A stretch of 63,800 nucleotides of DNA, filler included, from Phoronis australis (Eukaryota > Animalia > Phoronida): the NCBI GenBank assembly GCA_002633005.1. It is 5 parts of 5 records of this genome, joined end to end, with 100 filler letters (N's around TTAATTAATTAA, not from the genome) between each part and the next. Parts side by side here need not be neighbours in the genome. Positions count along the whole stretch, not along the records: positions 53,275 to 62,251 come from NMRA01000023.1; positions 62,352 to 63,800 come from NMRA01000204.1; 3 more parts are not named here. The stretch is one strand, 5' to 3'. The notes under the pieces are model-generated. The model was not told the DNA's origin, did no database searches, and saw only the letters and a list, made by a program, of their open reading frames with translations. Shown here in pieces: positions 59,409-63,800 of this stretch (position 1 is the stretch's first letter; each line of letters begins with the position of its first letter). Both the position numbers and the translations under genes were made by a program.

Positions 59409-62015
59409 CAGTGCTGATCGAAAGTACCTTCCCATCGAACGCGCTTCAGCCTTGGTCAGGCCTCGGGTGATCCTCAACCGGAGTGAGGTCAGGCTTCGCC
59501 CGGACGCGGTCTGAACTCGGTTGGGTCGAGGCTCAACCTAAGACTGGCCTAGGCTAGACCTCGGATAGACTGCGGTTATTAAGTCATTTAATGCCCGGGG
59601 GGTTACTCCTGTATATGCTAGCACTAACAGCTGAACCAGCACTCACGGCTTGATTTCCTCGCAGGTTTTTGTCAAGGTTGTGCTTTTGTGTCCACTATGT
59701 TATTTAATTCATTGAGTGCTAAGATTTTCGTGGGAGGAATTAAATAAGACACGGCATTTGACAACCGGGATGGTCGCTAAATTGATGCCAAAAGGGTGAA
59801 GGAGAGACTGCGAGTGGCATGACTATCGCACCATACTATTCGGAATGGCGAAGGAGGGGGGAAGACTGTAAGTGGTATGAATGCCGCGTAATTCTCTTCG
59901 GAGTTCGGGGTAGTGACTGAAGTATTCCCACAATTTTACAATGCAGTAGGCCTACGTGACATCTTTCAGTAGTAGATGGGTCCATTTATAAATTATGTCC
60001 TCGTTTATATCTTACTGTTTCTTGATCATTGCACCTTTTGACACCATATCAAAGTTGGTTTTTCTCATACTTTGAACGGGTTGATACTTTTACATTTTAT
60101 TTTTAAACTTGAAGTACTTAAACAGTGGTAAATTTTGATCGTCAGCGAAACTTAGTTACACTAAACATTAGTCATTATTTCAAGTTTAATCTTGATTAGC
60201 CTAAAATATGCGAAAGTGTAAATATGGTCATAGCCAAGATGAAATTTGTAATTTCTGGAAAATTTCGGTTGTACTGACTGCAAAACTAATTTATTTTTTT
60301 GTCAGTCATAAAAATGAAGAATGGGCACAAGTTAATTACAACAAGTTAACAATCTGGTTAAATTAGATTGAAAAAAATACTAAAAGAAAAATGCATGTGA
60401 TATTGTAAACGCTGGTCAGCGTGTGTCAATCCACTGAGTATATCAATACGCACGGTCGTTTATCTTCAACTGTTCTAAATGTTTGTAGTTTTAGCTTATT
60501 AGTTCATCGATTTTTTAAAAAACGAAAACCATACGTGGTCGCTTTTTCCAGCTAAATACAGCGTGGTGTTCATTTTAACAACATTTTTTGGTTCATGCAT
60601 TTTGAAAATTTGCCATCTTGTACAGGCAGAGATGTTTACTAACGTTTATGGTCCGGTAAAGGCACTTAATTGCGGTCATCACAACTGTTTCAAACTCCGG
60701 TGCCACGCTTTCATTGATCCTGGTAAAGCCGCTTAGAAGGACGAAAGGTGAAAACTCACGCATGCCTGACTTCCTCAGTTCCTTGTAAGCGTATTAGACC
60801 GCATGTTTATTAAAACGAAACTTGTGATTCTTACAAAAATTTGCACAAACCCGACAATGACAATTCGAAAAATTGAAATATCTTTTTTAGATTTCATTGT
60901 GAGTATTTGGTAAATTAATAAAATACGGTCAAAAATAAGAATATGGATGCAATATGCGTACACATGCCATAGTATTCTTTCATTTTTCGAATTTAACAGA
61001 ATTCGTGATCAATTAACTCCGGTAATGGCTGTCAGAGATTGCCCGGTACGTTAAAAACAGATTCTTTTTATTGTGTTTTAAAAATTCAGTAACTTGGGAA
61101 ATATTTGTCTAAATTCACAAAGTTGTCGATGGGGTTTCAACGCACAATGGTTCTCGTACATTTCACTTTATTTCACAATAATGTTTTAAAACACGTTTCT
61201 TCCAACAATGTACGGTGTGCTATAGATAACGATTGGACCGGCGCTTGTTGACTTTAGTGGCGCTATATACATGTACGACCATGCCGTAGGCTATACCCAA
61301 AAACCCCTACTCTGTGTACCATTGGTCTAGAATTCACCTTATTCGTGTTAAACTTTTACAAGGCCGAAACATTTCTGGAGATGAAACTAATAAGTAAACT
61401 GTGACGGGGATGCCGTTTACGCCAAACACTTTCAAAATCATCTATCTGGAAAACAAACTACATTGTACTGCACTTTGCCCAAAGTACAATAGATGCCATG
61501 TGCCAAAGAAGTGAGTTATAATAATTATTTTATTAACCACTACATATTGTATGCCTCTCACATACAACTCAGCCACACGCTGTTATAACTACTGACACAG
61601 TCTGTTAACTGAAAGTTCAATTATGAAATCGCGATCAGGCCAGGAGATCAGGAAAGGTACAATGTCGATGATACTGGCTATACGTCAGATTAAACGTAAC
61701 GAATTAGTAACTTTACATTATATATCTCACACGTACGTCTATAACCCCGACCGAAATCTGATAGTGAACTGTTGTACAATGTGCCATAGTACACGTAATC
61801 GCCACATCATACTTACAGTAACCCCCCAGTATTTCCAGCTTTCGGAGCGAAATAAAAACAAAGCCAAGGTATAGCACGGACGCGACTTAACTTCGGATTA
61901 ACCGCGGTCAGACGAAGTCCGGACTGGGGCTAGCCTCGGTCCAACCGCGGTTTGGAACCCGTGTCCGGACGCGACCTAGCTGCGTTTGATAGGAAGAGAC
62001 TTTCGATCAGTACTA
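59409..62015. mobile_element. Non-autonomous Tc1/mariner-like element of about 2.6 kb
   Basis: Imperfect TIRs CAGTGCTGATCGAAAGTACCTTCCCATCGAACGC and (reverse) TAGTACTGATCGAAAGTCTCTTCCTATCAAACGC. TA on both flanks. GC-rich subterminal CC(G/T)CGG repeats at both ends. Confidence 0.65.
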
Positions 62016-62351
62016 TACATCAATCAATGCTGAATGTTTATGCTGTCAACTCGATACAGGTTAATGAGTTAAGATTACAATCCAATCCCAATGGCAAGGG
62101 GTACGTGAGTGATAAATATCCATTACATTAGACTATTTGTTTACTCCCTATCATATGTCTTCTGGAAATCTATTACACGTTGAAATGGAAATCTATCACG
62201 TCACTTTTCACGTAACCTTTGGTTTTTAGGTTTGAAGGCTTGTACCGTGCANNNNNNNNNNNNNNNNNNNNNNNNNNNNNNNNNNNNNNNNNNNNTTAAT
62301 TAATTAANNNNNNNNNNNNNNNNNNNNNNNNNNNNNNNNNNNNNNNNNNNN

Positions 62352-62960
62352 ATCAAGCATTTTCCTTGATTCCTGAAGTATTATCCAAGAAAAAAGGCAA
62401 AAAAGGAGAACGTGTCAAACAGAAAAAACTGCAAGAACCAAAGACTCGAACTCACGACCTGGCGGATAAAGCGCGCGTGCGTTACCACTATACCACCACG
62501 ATTTACCTAATAATTCCTTACTAAGAGACCGTTTGCGCGCGAAACCTACTTCTTTTTGTTATGCTTATTACACGTTTTGTGCCATCAATTCTTAACAAAT
62601 TTGTCGTATTTAAAATAGTCTTCAAATGCTCAAAAGACCAAATCCGTTTTTCGCGTTGGCAATAATGACGCCGGGGATTGCTTTGGAAATCGTCTTAAGA
62701 TAAGGTTTGACAAAGAGAGTATTGCAAGTTTCTGAGTGATTCACTAAGGCTTCGATTGAAAGTCCCATCTTACAAGCAGCTTCTGTTTTTCATCGTCACT
62801 CAGGTTCCATTTTCTTTAAAAAATGAAGTAAATTTTCTTCATTGTACAGTGGAGCAGACGACGGAAACGGAGTCATAGTGCGCAGCGCCACTGCCGGTCG
62901 CCTGGGATATCGTGGGAGAGCCTATACTTAGCCATAATTCCGTTACGAATGTGCCGTGTT
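62352..62960 (-). mobile_element. Dispersed repeat with tRNA-like cassette (copy 3)
   Basis: Reverse complement of ~16950-17570. A box TGGTATAGTGG, B box GAGTTCGAGTC, followed by a T-run. Confidence 0.8.
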
Positions 62961-63800
62961 AAGATTGTGCACAACAGTAATGTTGCTGGTGGCATAAAAA
63001 TTATCTGCTGTAGCCTTCATTTTGGCCATCTGCCCCAGGACATTGGTGCATTCAACTTTCAAATTATAGACTGTGAAGCTTAGGATAGAATTTCTAAACT
63101 GACACACATATTTCAAACCCTTTTGGCCAATATTGGCCCACGTATGAAGATTTTGTATGATGTCAGTTCAGATTCAATGTGGTAACGTGAGAAGTGGTAT
63201 TACACAATCAGGTAATTAGAATTATGTTTGAATATGGACCCATTTTCGAAGCTAAGGCAACATCCTTGCATTTGGTAGTGGTCATTGCACTGTGTAAATT
63301 TTCACAGGAAACGCATCACTTCGTCATAACAACAAGCTTTTAATTTGCTTTTACTATGCTGGAATTATTTATCCAGTCAACATTTTATTAATTTTGGCAT
63401 TATTTATCATTACGGTTGTGTCTGATTGCAGAAAACACAAGAAGCATAACTACTGGTCCACATAGGCTGAAAAACTGGTATAGATCCATATATTTGAATA
63501 TAAAGGCCATGGATTGCTGCATTCTAAAATACTCAGAAAATGCATTATTTTGGCTTATTTACTTGTTTTTACAATACCTTTAGTACAATGATACACTTTA
63601 AACATAATTTGTGTATTTTGTAGTATTAGTTTAGAATGATGGATTTTATGTGCTCAAGAAGTGTATATTGGATACTGGAAAATGTCCAAATTTGGCCGAT
63701 TTTGTAACATCATATCCCAGAAAGTGGCAGATTGGACTCGCATGAAACTTTCAGATACTGGGCTTTATTCACTGTTCTCCAAAATGCTTTGAACCCCCTG

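Noticed and set aside
59950-60010. Missing PCGF6 exon (DIIYK on the minus strand resembles DIVYK)
   Set aside because: The flanking residues and splice sites do not fit, it lies inside a TIR element, and it is on a different contig.

Overview
AT-rich animal genomic DNA, probably from a marine invertebrate (the taxon is inferred, not determined). It has spliceosomal introns and a very high repeat load. Four 100-nt spacers (N44-TTAATTAATTAA-N44) join the sequence, so adjacency across them is unproven. Host genes I could reconstruct by hand: (1) two head-to-head glutathione S-transferase kappa (GSTK1) paralogs, with six exons traced for the minus copy; (2) an intact single-exon LRR-Ig-TM receptor, divergent from a lesioned LRR gene that may have been GPI-anchored; (3) five 3' exons of a PCGF6-like Polycomb RING finger gene, absent from the ORF track; (4) the catalytic exon of a CHST11-like sulfotransferase. 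The rest is mostly decayed mobile DNA: LTR/Gypsy, Penelope, IS3EU, Sola-like, ISL2EU/Harbinger-like, Tc1/pogo, Kolobok-THAP, Crypton-like, LOA/R1-like, RTE-X and CR1-group LINEs, a TRIM, and Helentron-type elements. I cannot demonstrate a new biological system from sequence alone. The best leads are: a same-strand cluster of seven TE fragments at 1-9.4 kb resembling a piRNA cluster; a minisatellite made of an amplified GSTK1 5' splice site; three unrelated mobile families carrying internal tRNA-like Pol III cassettes; a co-oriented CTCF-like motif array inside a PCGF6 intron; and a 21-bp palindrome array in the IS3EU end.
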